Both the position numbers and the translations under genes were made by a program. 32,660 bases of DNA, taken from NCBI GenBank assembly GCA_963807635.1, contig CAWEDJ010000063.1, positions 1 to 32,660 on the forward strand, in the 5' to 3' direction. Source of the stretch: an uncultured cyanobacterium (GTDB lineage Bacteria; Cyanobacteriota; Cyanobacteriia; Cyanobacteriales; Microcystaceae). Shown here one piece after another: positions 19,877 through 30,698 of the stretch (positions within the stretch are counted from its first letter, which is position 1; each line of letters starts with the position of its first letter). The notes beneath the pieces were generated by a model. The model was not told the DNA's origin and searched no databases. It saw only the letters and a list, made by a program, of their open reading frames with translations.

Positions 19877-20554
19877 TCAATTAGGTGTTCTTCTAGAAAA
19901 TATGCGATCCATCTTTAAGGGGGTGAAGTTATGGGCAGGTCTATTGATAATAACCTGTATGCTCTCTTTTACGACAAGATGAATTCTTTCTCTCATGGAT
20001 TTAACTTTTTTCATTTGTTCAATTCTTTCTTCTTCACTACAGATATATAAAGGCGGTAAACGATTTAAGGCATAGGCGATAACTTCGTCAGAATTGAGAG
20101 ATTTATGAATGCTAGGAGATAATTTTTCTAATTCGTTAAAAATAGCCTCTTTCACTAACACTTCCATTAAATTAATACAGGCATTTGATGAATGACTTTG
20201 AGCTATTTCTTTTTTGATTAGATGATAAATTTTGGAGCGTTCTACTTCATGGTGAGTAGCATTATAAATCGGAGCCATTTCTTCTAAGATAGCATTGGCG
20301 ACCTCTGCATATTTTTTTTGATGATTAAGGCTTTTCACAAGGTCATACATTGCCAGGGAAAGGCGATTAATTGTTGGTTGTATCCTAATTAGTTCAAAAA
20401 TGAGGTCGTCCAAAGAATAACGATTGATCACCCTAAAATCGTTTTCCCAATGTTGCTTAGTCAGGCAATAAACAAATTTTTTAATCCTCAAAGCTTCTGG
20501 ATGACTCTCTAAGTTTTTGACAGCTTTTGGCAAGAATTCGATGGACAATTCCAT
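19877..20554 (-). CDS. ComFB-domain protein with an uncharacterised N-terminal domain
   Basis: C-terminal INLMEVLV...IAYALNRLPPLY is the ComFB signature. N-terminal RIKK..WEND helical domain. Start placed at MELSIEF. Confidence 0.8.
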   Translation of the reverse strand: MELSIEFLPKAVKNLESHPEALRIKKFVYCLTKQHWENDFRVINRYSLDDLIFELIRIQPTINRLSLAMYDLVKSLNHQKKYAEVANAILEEMAPIYNATHHEVERSKIYHLIKKEIAQSHSSNACINLMEVLVKEAIFNELEKLSPSIHKSLNSDEVIAYALNRLPPLYICSEEERIEQMKKVKSMRERIHLVVKESIQVIINRPAHNFTPLKMDRIFSRRTPN

Positions 20555-20763
20555 TTTTTTCAAAAATACTGCATTTTTCGGCAATTCAGGAATAATTGAG
20601 CAAAATTTAGTTGATTTTTGTTGACATTATTACCGTTTTATTATCCACTTCTTCTATTTTAGCCTTTTCTACAATATTTGATAAATAAAAAATGATGAAG
20701 GTTTGAGCGGTAATTCGCGATCGCATTTTAGAGTTTTTCTATTGATTACGCTTTTAGGGGGGA

Positions 20764-21783
20764 TTAGGGGCTAAAGTGTTGAAAGCCTTGACTGAGAGAT
20801 AATTCCTCTGGGGAACCAGAACCTAAGCTATCTTGCAAAATTACCGCTTTGGCAGTTGTTATTTTGCCAATAATCGCCGCAGGTTTTCCGAGTTTCTTAA
20901 CCAATTCCTGGGCCGCAATTTCAGGCAAACATAAAACTAATTCAAAATCTTCTCCACCATACAACCCCCAGGCGATTGCGTCTTCGGGACTGACCCATTG
21001 CGTTAACCCTGAAGGAATAGGAATCAGGCTTTTTTCAATTTCTGCTCCGACCCCACTACAGCGACAGATTTGCAATACCGCATCGGCTAAACCGTCACTG
21101 CTGTCCATACCCGCAATCCAACCGTTTCTAGAATCAGGAATAAACTCAGCTAAATTCCATAAATGGGGTAAAACGTCTAAACGCGGTCGGGGACGTTGAT
21201 GAGCGTTAATTAAACTATTTCGTTCTTTTTGTCCTAAATTTTGACCCAAATCAGGATTGAGCAATAATTCTAAACCTGCCCTAGACGCGCCATGAATTCC
21301 TGTTACGACGATCGCGTCTCCTGGTTGAGCGGTAAACCGACGAATCACGCGATCGGGTTTAACCTTGCCAAAGGCAGTAATCGCAACAGATATCACCGAG
21401 GATCGACAAATATCACCCCCGACAATTTTGGTTTGATAATTTTTTAAACAGCGATCGCAACCTTGATAGAGATTTTCTACCCAAGCAACGGGGGTTTCCC
21501 CAGGTAAACTGAGTCCAATAGTTATGCCCAAAGGAGTTGCCCCCATCGCCGCTAAATCCGATAAATTCGCCGCCGCCGCCCGCCAGCCCACATCTTCGGG
21601 GCTTGTAGTTTGCTCACTAAAATGAACTTTGTCCACTAAAACATCGGTAGTGACGACTAAATTTTGATCTGCAATTAATGGCAAAACTGCCCCATCATCC
21701 CCAATAATATCGGCGGGACAAAAGCGTTGTAATTTAGCTAATAGTCCCTGTTCTCCGATGTCTTTAACTGTCGTTTGTGACAT
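20764..21783 (-). CDS. thiL: Thiamine-phosphate kinase
   Basis: GEQGL, IGDDGA, TTDVLV, NLSDLAAMG, GGD, MDSSDGL, GGEDFEL. Confidence 0.96.
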   Translation of the reverse strand: MSQTTVKDIGEQGLLAKLQRFCPADIIGDDGAVLPLIADQNLVVTTDVLVDKVHFSEQTTSPEDVGWRAAAANLSDLAAMGATPLGITIGLSLPGETPVAWVENLYQGCDRCLKNYQTKIVGGDICRSSVISVAITAFGKVKPDRVIRRFTAQPGDAIVVTGIHGASRAGLELLLNPDLGQNLGQKERNSLINAHQRPRPRLDVLPHLWNLAEFIPDSRNGWIAGMDSSDGLADAVLQICRCSGVGAEIEKSLIPIPSGLTQWVSPEDAIAWGLYGGEDFELVLCLPEIAAQELVKKLGKPAAIIGKITTAKAVILQDSLGSGSPEELSLSQGFQHFSP

Positions 21784-21797
21784 AACATAATTAGAAA

Positions 21798-21888
21798 CGT
21801 TGCTTGATCAAGATATGTTGTAAATATAAAAAACTTAATCTACCAAGATTTTCATATATGTATTTTTCATGACTTGATCAACAACGCC
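21798..21888. repeat. ~90-bp element with imperfect terminal inverted repeats (MITE-like)
   Basis: CGTTGCTTGATCAAG (21798) versus CTTGATCAACAACG(CC) (21873): inverted match with one indel. Confidence 0.5.
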
Positions 21889-21896
21889 AAATCTAT

Positions 21897-22208
21897 TTAG
21901 CTAGAAGGAAAACCGATAGGATTTTTTGTTTTCGAGTTTGAAGCAATAAAATTTTTAAACGACTGAAGATAGTTATGACCTAAATCTGTCAAACGCAAAG
22001 GAGAAGCCATTTGAGTAATTCGGCTACCACCTGGAACGTTCATAATTACTAATCCAGTGATGTAAGTAGATTCCTGTAATAAGATGAGATGCTCTGTTAC
22101 TTGTTCTTCAGTGAATCTTTCTTGTTTTGTCAGATCAGAGTAAAGATTGGTAACGTCATTTTCAATGGCTGAAAGAATCGCAAAAATTAAATCATTATCT
22201 CGTTTCAT
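21897..22208 (-). CDS. DUF2513 family winged-helix protein
   Basis: MKRDNDLIFAILSAIE...HLILLQESTYI...LTDLGHNYL. Confidence 0.75.
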   Translation of the reverse strand: MKRDNDLIFAILSAIENDVTNLYSDLTKQERFTEEQVTEHLILLQESTYITGLVIMNVPGGSRITQMASPLRLTDLGHNYLQSFKNFIASNSKTKNPIGFPSS

Positions 22209-22296
22209 AGTTCTCCTCAAAGTAAACTATTATTTTGTGCATGTTTGATTTGACCTTTAATTTTTTTGAAATAAAGATTAATCACACACTACTAGT

Positions 22297-22400
22297 CTAT
22301 AGCAATCCTAAACAGGTTATAAAATTATAAAATGACGATCCGAGTCTGGATAAAGCTTCTAAGCCTGTTGTTCGCCACGAATCATTTAGGATTGCTATAG
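22297..22400. mobile_element. 104-bp MITE with perfect 16-bp terminal inverted repeats
   Basis: CTATAGCAATCCTAAA (22297-22312) and TTTAGGATTGCTATAG (22385-22400); non-coding interior. Confidence 0.8.
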
Positions 22401-22426
22401 TAGTGATCTTATACGAGAGAACTAAA

Positions 22427-23812
22427 TTAAGAAGAAACTACTACTCCTAGACTTTGATCAATCAGATTCCGAAATTCACTTTTTTGCTTAACCCCTTTAA
22501 GTTCATTCAATAATTCTTTATCCTTAAAGATTTGTACCGTCGGTGTTCCCGTGACTCCCCCCATTTGGGCAATCTCTGGATCGGCTTCGATGTCAATTTC
22601 GATAAAGTGAATTTTTCCGTCGTATTCATCTACCACCTTATCCAAGATCGGCTTCAGAGTACGGCAAGGGCCACAGGTCGGTGACACATATTTAACTAGT
22701 AAAGGGCGATCGCTTTCATGGAAAAGTTTCCGTAGAGCATATCCTCCCACATGACGAGTTTGCTGGAGATCAAAAGTGGTTTCTGTATCAGCAACGGTTT
22801 TCGCTTCCTTGGATGTATGATAAGTTTCCGATTCAGCCTGTTGATGATGTTCCACAATTAAATTATTGGCCGATAAAAAACGTTCTGCCAAAAGAGCCGC
22901 CATACAACCCGTTCCCGCCGCACTAATGGCCTGACGGTACTCATGATCCTGCACATCTCCTGCGGCAAAAACCCCTTCCACACTGGTCGCCACCGAACCA
23001 GGTTTAACCACAATATAACCCACACTATCTAGCTCTAATTGTCCCTGAAAGAGGTTTGTATTGGGCGTATGACCGATCGCATAAAAGAGACCCTTAACAG
23101 CTAAATCAGTGATTTCTCCTGTTTCAGTATTGCGAATTTTTAGCCCTTCTAAATAACCATTACTACCAAAAACATCCACAGGTTCCGTATGCCAATGCAC
23201 CGTAATTTTAGGATTACTTAAAACTCGGTCTTGCATGGCTTTACTGGCCCGCATTTCTCCCTTTCTGACCAATAAATTAACATGGGAACCATATTTAGTG
23301 AGATAAACCGCTTCTTCAGCCGCTGAATCTCCTCCTCCAATTACCGCCAACGCTTCTTGTTTAAAAATCGGGCTGGCTCCATCACAAATGGCACAGGCCG
23401 AAATTCCACTACTCCAAAATTCTTTTTCACTAGGCAATCCTAATCGTTTAGCAACGGCTCCTGTGGCGATCACGATACTATTTGCCTGCACCGTTCTTTC
23501 GCTAGACTTAATCGTAAAGGGATGTTGACTCAGATCAACGGAGATCACATCTTCGGTATAACATTCCGTTCCCCACCGTTCCGCTTGAGCCTTCATCCGC
23601 TCCATTAATTCTGGCCCTGTAATCCCTTCAGGAAACCCTGGAAAATTCTCAACTTCGGTGGTGGTCATCAATTGGCCGCCAGGACTTCCCCCTGCTTGGA
23701 AACCTTCAAACATCAACGGCTTGAGATTCGCTCTAGCGGCATAGATCGCGGCGGTGTAACCAGCAGGGCCAGAACCAATAATTACGATATTTTCGACTGT
23801 TGGGGTTGACAT
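22427..23812 (-). CDS. trxB: NADPH-thioredoxin reductase C (TrxB-thioredoxin fusion, NTRC)
   Basis: GSGPAG, CAICDG, GGGDSA, FAAGDV, followed by a C-terminal Trx domain with TCGPC. Confidence 0.95.
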   Translation of the reverse strand: MSTPTVENIVIIGSGPAGYTAAIYAARANLKPLMFEGFQAGGSPGGQLMTTTEVENFPGFPEGITGPELMERMKAQAERWGTECYTEDVISVDLSQHPFTIKSSERTVQANSIVIATGAVAKRLGLPSEKEFWSSGISACAICDGASPIFKQEALAVIGGGDSAAEEAVYLTKYGSHVNLLVRKGEMRASKAMQDRVLSNPKITVHWHTEPVDVFGSNGYLEGLKIRNTETGEITDLAVKGLFYAIGHTPNTNLFQGQLELDSVGYIVVKPGSVATSVEGVFAAGDVQDHEYRQAISAAGTGCMAALLAERFLSANNLIVEHHQQAESETYHTSKEAKTVADTETTFDLQQTRHVGGYALRKLFHESDRPLLVKYVSPTCGPCRTLKPILDKVVDEYDGKIHFIEIDIEADPEIAQMGGVTGTPTVQIFKDKELLNELKGVKQKSEFRNLIDQSLGVVVSS

Positions 23813-23892
23813 GACTTTAGATAAACTCATAACGACTACGTGTTTTAGTATAGCAGAATGTCTGGATTGGGGCTAGGGTGAGACTAATTTTT

Positions 23893-25464
23893 TTATTTTA
23901 TCTCATACAAATAATAGGTTTCATTGCCGATAAAACTACGGGTAAATTCTTTGATCGGTTCAATGGTTAAACCTGATGAGGAAGTATCAAGCTTGCGATT
24001 GAGAATTAACAATAACGGTTTTGGATTTTGATGAATTAATTTCTGAAGCTGACCTAATATTTCTTGATCATTAACAATTTTTCGTTGTTGATTAAATAGA
24101 ACAAAGCTTCCTTCTTTTTGACTCTCTGGATAATAGATTTTTCTCTCTAAGTAGCCGCTAATAGGAGCAATAGTAAAATCTTCACTCCCGATGATAAACC
24201 TATCTTGCCAACCCTTTGCTTGAATATATTGGGCCACTTCCCAACTCGCAGAATAGGGTAAAAATACATCCCGACTAAAGGAGACAATTCCTGCGGCTAA
24301 TTGGGCATAGAGAATAATCATGAGGAAAGTTACTTTATATTTTTTCGTCCAATTTAACCAACGAGTAATCATTGGGATAAAATTTTCTGGAATTTTAAAA
24401 ATAAATTGGGTTAATAAATTGGAAGGAGTGTAATATTGACTTAGCCAAAAAGCCGTGATTAAAATTAAATATAAATGACCATAATGACGAGCCGAGCCGA
24501 GAAATTTAAGATAGGTAAAAAGAACAATTCCCCCTGTCCCCATTAAATAAAAACCTAAAACAATGGGATATTCCAGAAAAATTGTAATTACAAAAGCCAG
24601 TATTCCGAAAGAAATTATTGCAAATAAAAATACATCTGGCGGCTTAAGTCTCCTGGAACTAATACTAAAATATAACTATTCCAAATACGAGTCAGAGCTT
24701 GATTAAAGCGGTGAAAATCCCATTGTAGAAACCATTGATCGGCTCCTCCTTGTAGGGTGCTATCTCCAGGGGGCATCAGTAAAATAACGGATAGACTTAT
24801 GCCCAAAAGAATAATCAAGAAACTGAATAAGGCATTCTGTAAACTTGCGTTTAATGTTATTTCTAAATTAATATATTTAGTGACTATATATTCAATCACT
24901 AAGGTGATTGTTAAGGCTACGGTAATCAGTAAACAATAGGCATTAGTATTTGCTAATAAAGCTAAAATTATTGCTAGTGTAAAATAGCTTTTTTCTCTTA
25001 ATTTAAAATAGGTACAAAAAGCAAACAAAAAAAGAACCCCGATCGCGTAATTGCGACTAATGAGTAAATATTCATAAATCGGTAAATAACCCAGGGTAAA
25101 TAAAAGTTTTTGTAGGCGACTAAAGGGAGAAAAATAAATAAATAAACCCATTCCCATCGTTGCCAATAGGAGATGGAATAATTGCATGGCGATCGCATTT
25201 TTGGTAATCTGATTTAATAAATAAAGACAGGCATACCAAAGGATAGGATGGGCCTTCATAACGGATATTATTCCAAAAGTCTGTTAAAGACGGGCTATCC
25301 CTGGCAATTAACCAACCATTTAATTCATCTCGCCACATGGCATGATTGAGAATTCCCAAGAAACCTAACACGAAGAAAACTAATAATAAAAAACTTTCAA
25401 AGTGTTGAATATTTGCTAAACTAAATCGTTTTGGCTTGAGGGATTGTTGATTTAAATAAGACAT
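23893..25464 (-). CDS. Polytopic membrane protein, GT-C glycosyltransferase-like; two frameshifts (~25250, ~24643)
   Basis: HAMWRDE...RYEGHP (restored), SRNYAIG, many TM segments, soluble C-terminus. The pieces rejoin across three frames. Confidence 0.65.
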
Positions 25465-25467
25465 TTT

Positions 25468-25905
25468 CTATGATTGCCAAAATTTTTCGGTTAATAAAGT
25501 TTCTAAGTCTTGAAAAAAAGGATTATTTTCGGGGAAATTAGCATTAGGGTAAATATCTTGAACATCAGAGAGAGCATCCAGCCAAATTTCCTGAATAATG
25601 GTTTCAATATAATTTTTGAGACTGGGAGAAGCGCGTAATAACCGTCGCATTTGTTTCCGTTGTTCTTTGATCGTTAATTCCCAACCGCGATTATCGTAGG
25701 TGCTATTGATGTAACATCGTTTCAATAGGTGTTCTAAGAGAACTTCTAAACGATTTTCTAGTTCATGTTTTTCACTGCGTCCCAAAGCGGCAATTTCCTC
25801 CTGTATGTTTTGCCAATCTATCGCGTCTAATTCTTGTTTTTGAAGATGTTGTGCTTGTTCTTCTGTCCATTGAACAAAGTCTTTTTGGTAGAGTACGTTT
25901 TTCAT
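25468..25905 (-). CDS. DUF29 family protein
   Basis: LYQKDFVQW, IDWQNIQEEIAALGRSE, LLEHLLK, RGWELTIKEQR, SPSLKNY. Confidence 0.93.
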   Translation of the reverse strand: MKNVLYQKDFVQWTEEQAQHLQKQELDAIDWQNIQEEIAALGRSEKHELENRLEVLLEHLLKRCYINSTYDNRGWELTIKEQRKQMRRLLRASPSLKNYIETIIQEIWLDALSDVQDIYPNANFPENNPFFQDLETLLTEKFWQS

Positions 25906-25950
25906 ATTTTTAATTTGGTTTTTACTTATCTATAGATTTTTCAAGAAAAT

Positions 25951-26697
25951 TTAAATCAATTTTTGGATAAAAATCTGCGTTAACTTTAGTAAATTTTGTG
26001 AAAAAAGTCCATAACCTTGGGGAAAATTTTTTTTAAGTATTACTAAATCAATTTGAAAAGCTAAATTCCACTTTATTTTATGAATCCTAAGATTACGATT
26101 GTTCTCTTCAGACAAATAATTTGATTCTGCGATCGCATTTTCTAAAATATTTTTGGTTTGGTCTGACTCTTCTAAATTTGATAATTCTGGAATTTTTATA
26201 CTCAAAATTGTTGAAACAGTTTGAAAATCAGCTAATAACCAAGCCTCGAAGTCTTTAATTGCTAATCCACCAATACTTTGATCTGTGATAGCATTTTCAC
26301 TAGCATCTAAATGATTTTCTTGAATTGCTTTTAAAGCAGACATTAAGCTTTTCTGTCGTTCAGAAATTTTATCGTCAGCATCAGCTAAAATTACAATTAA
26401 ATCAACTTCTTCAGGTTTCCATGCAATAACTACTTGAGATAAATATTTAGGATCTAAAAAGCCAAATCCAGTAGTTACTTTTCCTTTACGAGTTTCTTTA
26501 GTTGATGGATGTCTTTGCACAAAATCACAATCTGGCAATCCCGCATCTTTTAGTTCTCGCCGAATTAAAGTATGAAGCGCACCCTCATTTTCTCTGGGAA
26601 TAACTTTACCTCCGTCCTCTGGTTTACCATAGGGAACACTGGAGCCAAGCTCTGTTTGCCCTTCTGCAATTAAGCCAATCCTAATCGGACGATTCAT
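25951..26697 (-). CDS. DUF4276-like TOPRIM-fold protein
   Basis: LIAEG, ILADAD, DFEAWLLAD; ATGA overlap with the upstream ATPase. Confidence 0.65.
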   Translation of the reverse strand: MNRPIRIGLIAEGQTELGSSVPYGKPEDGGKVIPRENEGALHTLIRRELKDAGLPDCDFVQRHPSTKETRKGKVTTGFGFLDPKYLSQVVIAWKPEEVDLIVILADADDKISERQKSLMSALKAIQENHLDASENAITDQSIGGLAIKDFEAWLLADFQTVSTILSIKIPELSNLEESDQTKNILENAIAESNYLSEENNRNLRIHKIKWNLAFQIDLVILKKNFPQGYGLFSQNLLKLTQIFIQKLI

Positions 26698-27854
26698 GTC
26701 GGATTTCCCCCAAAGACATTAGTAAACCAAAGTTCTCCTAATTCACCATCATAGGCTTCTAATGCTTTCTGAAAACGAACAGAGTCGATAGGTAATTTAT
26801 GAACTTGAGTTTTTCCTTCTCCGTCTAATTCTACGGCACGAACTTGATAAGGTTCAACATAATTTAATAATAAAGGAGAATGGGTTGTGATTAGAACTTG
26901 AACGGGTTTACCATTAATTCCTTCTGTAGAAACTATTTTGAGGAGTTCCATCATTTTGTGTAATAACCAAGGATGAACACCATTTTCTAATTCTTCAAAA
27001 CAGATAATACTAGGAGTTTCTTTTTGATAGATTGCAGTTAAAAAACCTAAAATTCTGAGAGTTCCATCGGATATTTCGGTTGAAGGAATATGATGATCGG
27101 AATATTTGTCAATTAATTCAAGTTCAAAAATTTGATTTTCTGCTCTTGGTAAAGAAATTCTTTTAATATTAGGAACAAGACGAGTTAAACGTTCTTCTAG
27201 TTCAGCAAAGTTTTCACGATTTTCGTGTAAAATATCAACCAAAGAATTAGTTATTCCTTTTCCAGTTCTATCCATATTATTGGTAGATGAAATTTTTGTG
27301 GATAAATCTACTGGAAAAAAATCATATACATTAACTTTTTTTAGAGAAGTTGCTAAGGGAGAATCTAAATATTTATTCGAGATTAAAAATTCCTTAAGTT
27401 GAATGCTCGCATCAAATGTTACATTACGATCCTCTTTAATAGTTTTAATATTAACCATATAAGCGGAACTTGGATTATAGGGAGGAATAAAATTAATTTG
27501 AATTGATAAATCTAAAAGATTTTTAGAAGTTAAATGCTCAAGATAATTTACTGGATTAGAAAAAAAACTAACTTCAAATAATAAATAATCTTTTTTTCCA
27601 TGCCAGAATTTAGGTTAAATATCTAAGTCTCCTTTATTATTGAGAAGTCTTAAAGACTCTAAGAAAATATTTAATAAATCACTACCTGATGTATTAATAA
27701 ACAATCTTCCTAAAAAATTAGATAAAACTGCTAGAGCTTCACAAATATTAGATTTTCCCGAACCATTTGGCCCAATAAACACCGTTAACGGTTCTAATTC
27801 AATTTCCGTATCAAAAAGACTCTTATAGCGTTGTACTTTAAATTTAGATAACAT
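26694..27854 (-). pseudogene. AAA_21-type ABC ATPase with in-frame TAA at 27615-27617
   Basis: MLSKFKVQRYKSL, GPNGSGKSN, then ATT-TAA-CCT-AAA-TTC-TGG in frame with the downstream ISDGT, CFEELENGVHP and TTHSP. Confidence 0.8.
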
Positions 27855-27933
27855 CTCTTTAAAAAGGAGAAAATTTATGATTCTCTCTATTATACAGGAA
27901 TTATTTCTGGAATGAGTTAGCGATCGCATTTTT

Positions 27934-30571
27934 TTAACTCAATGCGCCTCTAACCAGAATTACCGTACTTTTAACCTGACTAGCGATCATGGTGGGAATA
28001 TTACCGTGAATCACATTTTGCAATAAACCTTCCCGACTTGCCCCTAAGAGAATCACATCACAATGTTGACTTTCTGCCAAACTAACCACTGCATCGACAA
28101 CGGATTGGGAACACAGGGGAATGGATCGAATCGGTCGAGATAATTGAGTTTGTAATAACTTAGCCGCTTGATTGAGATCGGTATAATCCTGAGATTTATT
28201 TTTGCCTAGATAGACCTTAGATAATAATAATTCAGGTAAATCTTTATTATTATAAAGTGATAGCATTCCTTGTAAAAATTCAAGCGATCGCTGAATATTG
28301 GGGCCGCCTGCCATCGGAATTAACCAAGTCGCTTTTTGATGTAATCCTTTGGGATAGGCGGTGGAACTCTTGCCTAATTTGACTAAAATAACGTTACAGG
28401 GAGCTTTATCGATCAGGATATCCACTACACTACCAAAAATCGCTTCTTTACTGCTCGTTGTTCCCTTCCATCCCATCACTAAAACATCAATTTGTCGTTC
28501 TCGAATGGTTTCTAAAATTGTATCTGCAATATTATGGGCAAATTTAATTTGAGTATGAACAGAAAGATCCAGATGGCGGCCTAGTCGTTCCATCCGTTGT
28601 AATATTTTGCGATTGTCCTGGGTAGGAATCGGTATTTCCGAGGGAGGCCGATGTTTCGGCACAGACAGAACTTGCAAACAATCAATTTCATAGTGTTTAT
28701 CCTGGGCGATCGTGGCGGCAATTTGAAATAACGCAGGAGCCGTTTGGGGATTACTCAAGGGCAAAAGAATACGACCTTCTCCTGTCGAGGGAGCGCGAGT
28801 CTGATAGGCAATATAGGAAGGACTGGGTTTAACACTGAGTCCACCGCCTAATTGGGTTGCTTCTTCCCGAATAATGTCAGTACGGGTGATAATTCCGACT
28901 AATTTTGTGCCACGAATGACGGGCAAACGGGACAGTTTATAACGATTCAACAGATAAAGCACATCACTCAAGGGTGCGTCAGGGGTGACGGTGATCGGTT
29001 TGGCGGTCATGATCTCCCGTAATAGGGTTTTGCCAGATCGCTGGGCCGCATTGGCTAAATCCGTTTGGGTAAAGACACCGACTAATTTTCCCCCTTCGAC
29101 CACAGGAAAACCGCGATGGTGGGAACGGGACATGAGGGGCAAAACTTCTGCGAGGGTCAGATCGCTGACTAAACTTTCGACCTGGGTTTGCATGACCTGG
29201 GAGGCATTGAGCGTTAACAGAAAATCACGGTTGGGGTTTTCATCCGTTAGACTAATTCCCTTGGCTTCGAGTAAATGTTCATAGAGCGATCGCTTAAAAA
29301 TACTTTCTGCCACGATATAGGACACCGCACAGGAGACCATCAAGGGCAACACCACGTTAAAATTGCCCGTTAATTCAAAAACAATGACGATCGCCGTCAC
29401 AGGCACTCGCACAACGCCCGTAAAAAAAGCCCCCATTCCCGCCAAGGCATAGGTGACACTGGTTTCATGGTTTAAAATCACACTGCCCAAAGCTCCGACC
29501 AAATGACCCAAGGCCGATCCCATAATCAATGCAGGAGCAAATAATCCGCCTGGGGCATCGGAACTGTAGGGCCATCATGGTCAGGAAAAAATGGGCGACA
29601 AACGCTAATAAAGTATTTTGCCAAGTGATTTCACCTAACATGACAAAATCTTTCAGGGCCGCATTATCCCGAAAAAAAGTGGGCATTAAGGCGATAATTC
29701 CCCCCGAAATTAATCCTGTTAGTCCCACCCGCCAAGCCATTGATAAATTGAGGCGATGATGAATAATTTTTCCCCACAAAATCCCCCGATTAAATAAGGC
29801 TCCTAAAGCCCCTGCCAAAATTCCTAAAAAAATATACCAGGGAATTTCTGTGACGGAAAACTGAATCGATAATCCCTGAGCTAAATTATGGGATAAGTTC
29901 AGATTCGTTGTTTGTAAAAATAAGGAAACCACTGCCCCCACAAACGAGGCTGCGATCGCCGTTTCTAAGGTCAGACCCGACACATCCCGCATTAATTCTT
30001 CTACAACAAACAAAACCCCTGCAATGGGAGTGGTAAATCCTGCGGCCAATCCTGCGGCGGCTCCTGCGGCGATCATCTGGCGACGGTGTTCGGGGGAAGT
30101 GGGCAACCAACTACTTAATTGGGCGGCCAGGGCGGCTCCAATATGGACTGTCGGGGCGCGACGACCGAGGGTAAATCCACCGCCTAAAATTAAAACCGTT
30201 CCCACTAATTTGGCTAAGGCGACTCGTCCTGATAATTCAATGGGATACCGAGCTAAGGCTGCTTTTACTTGGGGAATGCCCCCACCCGCCGCCGAAGGAG
30301 AAAACCGTTCGATAATCCAGCCTGCTAACCACCCGAAACCTAAGCCTGCTAAGGGCAAAACCCAACCTGCTCCGTAATTTTGGGCCGCCTGTAATCGCCA
30401 GCTTCCGAGCCAACCGACTCCTTCTTTGATAATTAAAGCCGCGATCGCCGAGAAGACCCCGATAATACAAGCTTCTAAGAGGGCGTAGCGAGTATCAATG
30501 GAGTTCCGTCCAAAGTGACGAGATTTAAACCAGCTATAAAATTGTTTTCGCAGTAGATTAGGGGAGATCAC
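27934..30571 (-). CDS. ClC chloride channel family protein fused to 2xCBS and USP domains; one frameshift (~29570)
   Basis: GGGIP, GRRAP, AGAAAGLAAGF, VVEEL. Removing one base gives MMAYSSDAPGGLFAP. CBS (HRGFPVV, SRLPV) and USP (ILLPLSNP, VLVMGW) domains follow. Confidence 0.9.
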
Positions 30572-30698
30572 AGGAGAATCATCGTGAAAGTTAATCAGAA
30601 AATTAAGATAAAATAGTTATAACCCTACAGATCGAAGTTTAACCATAGCTCAAGGCGTAATTGACCGCTAATTAAAATACCATTACCGCAAAATATCC

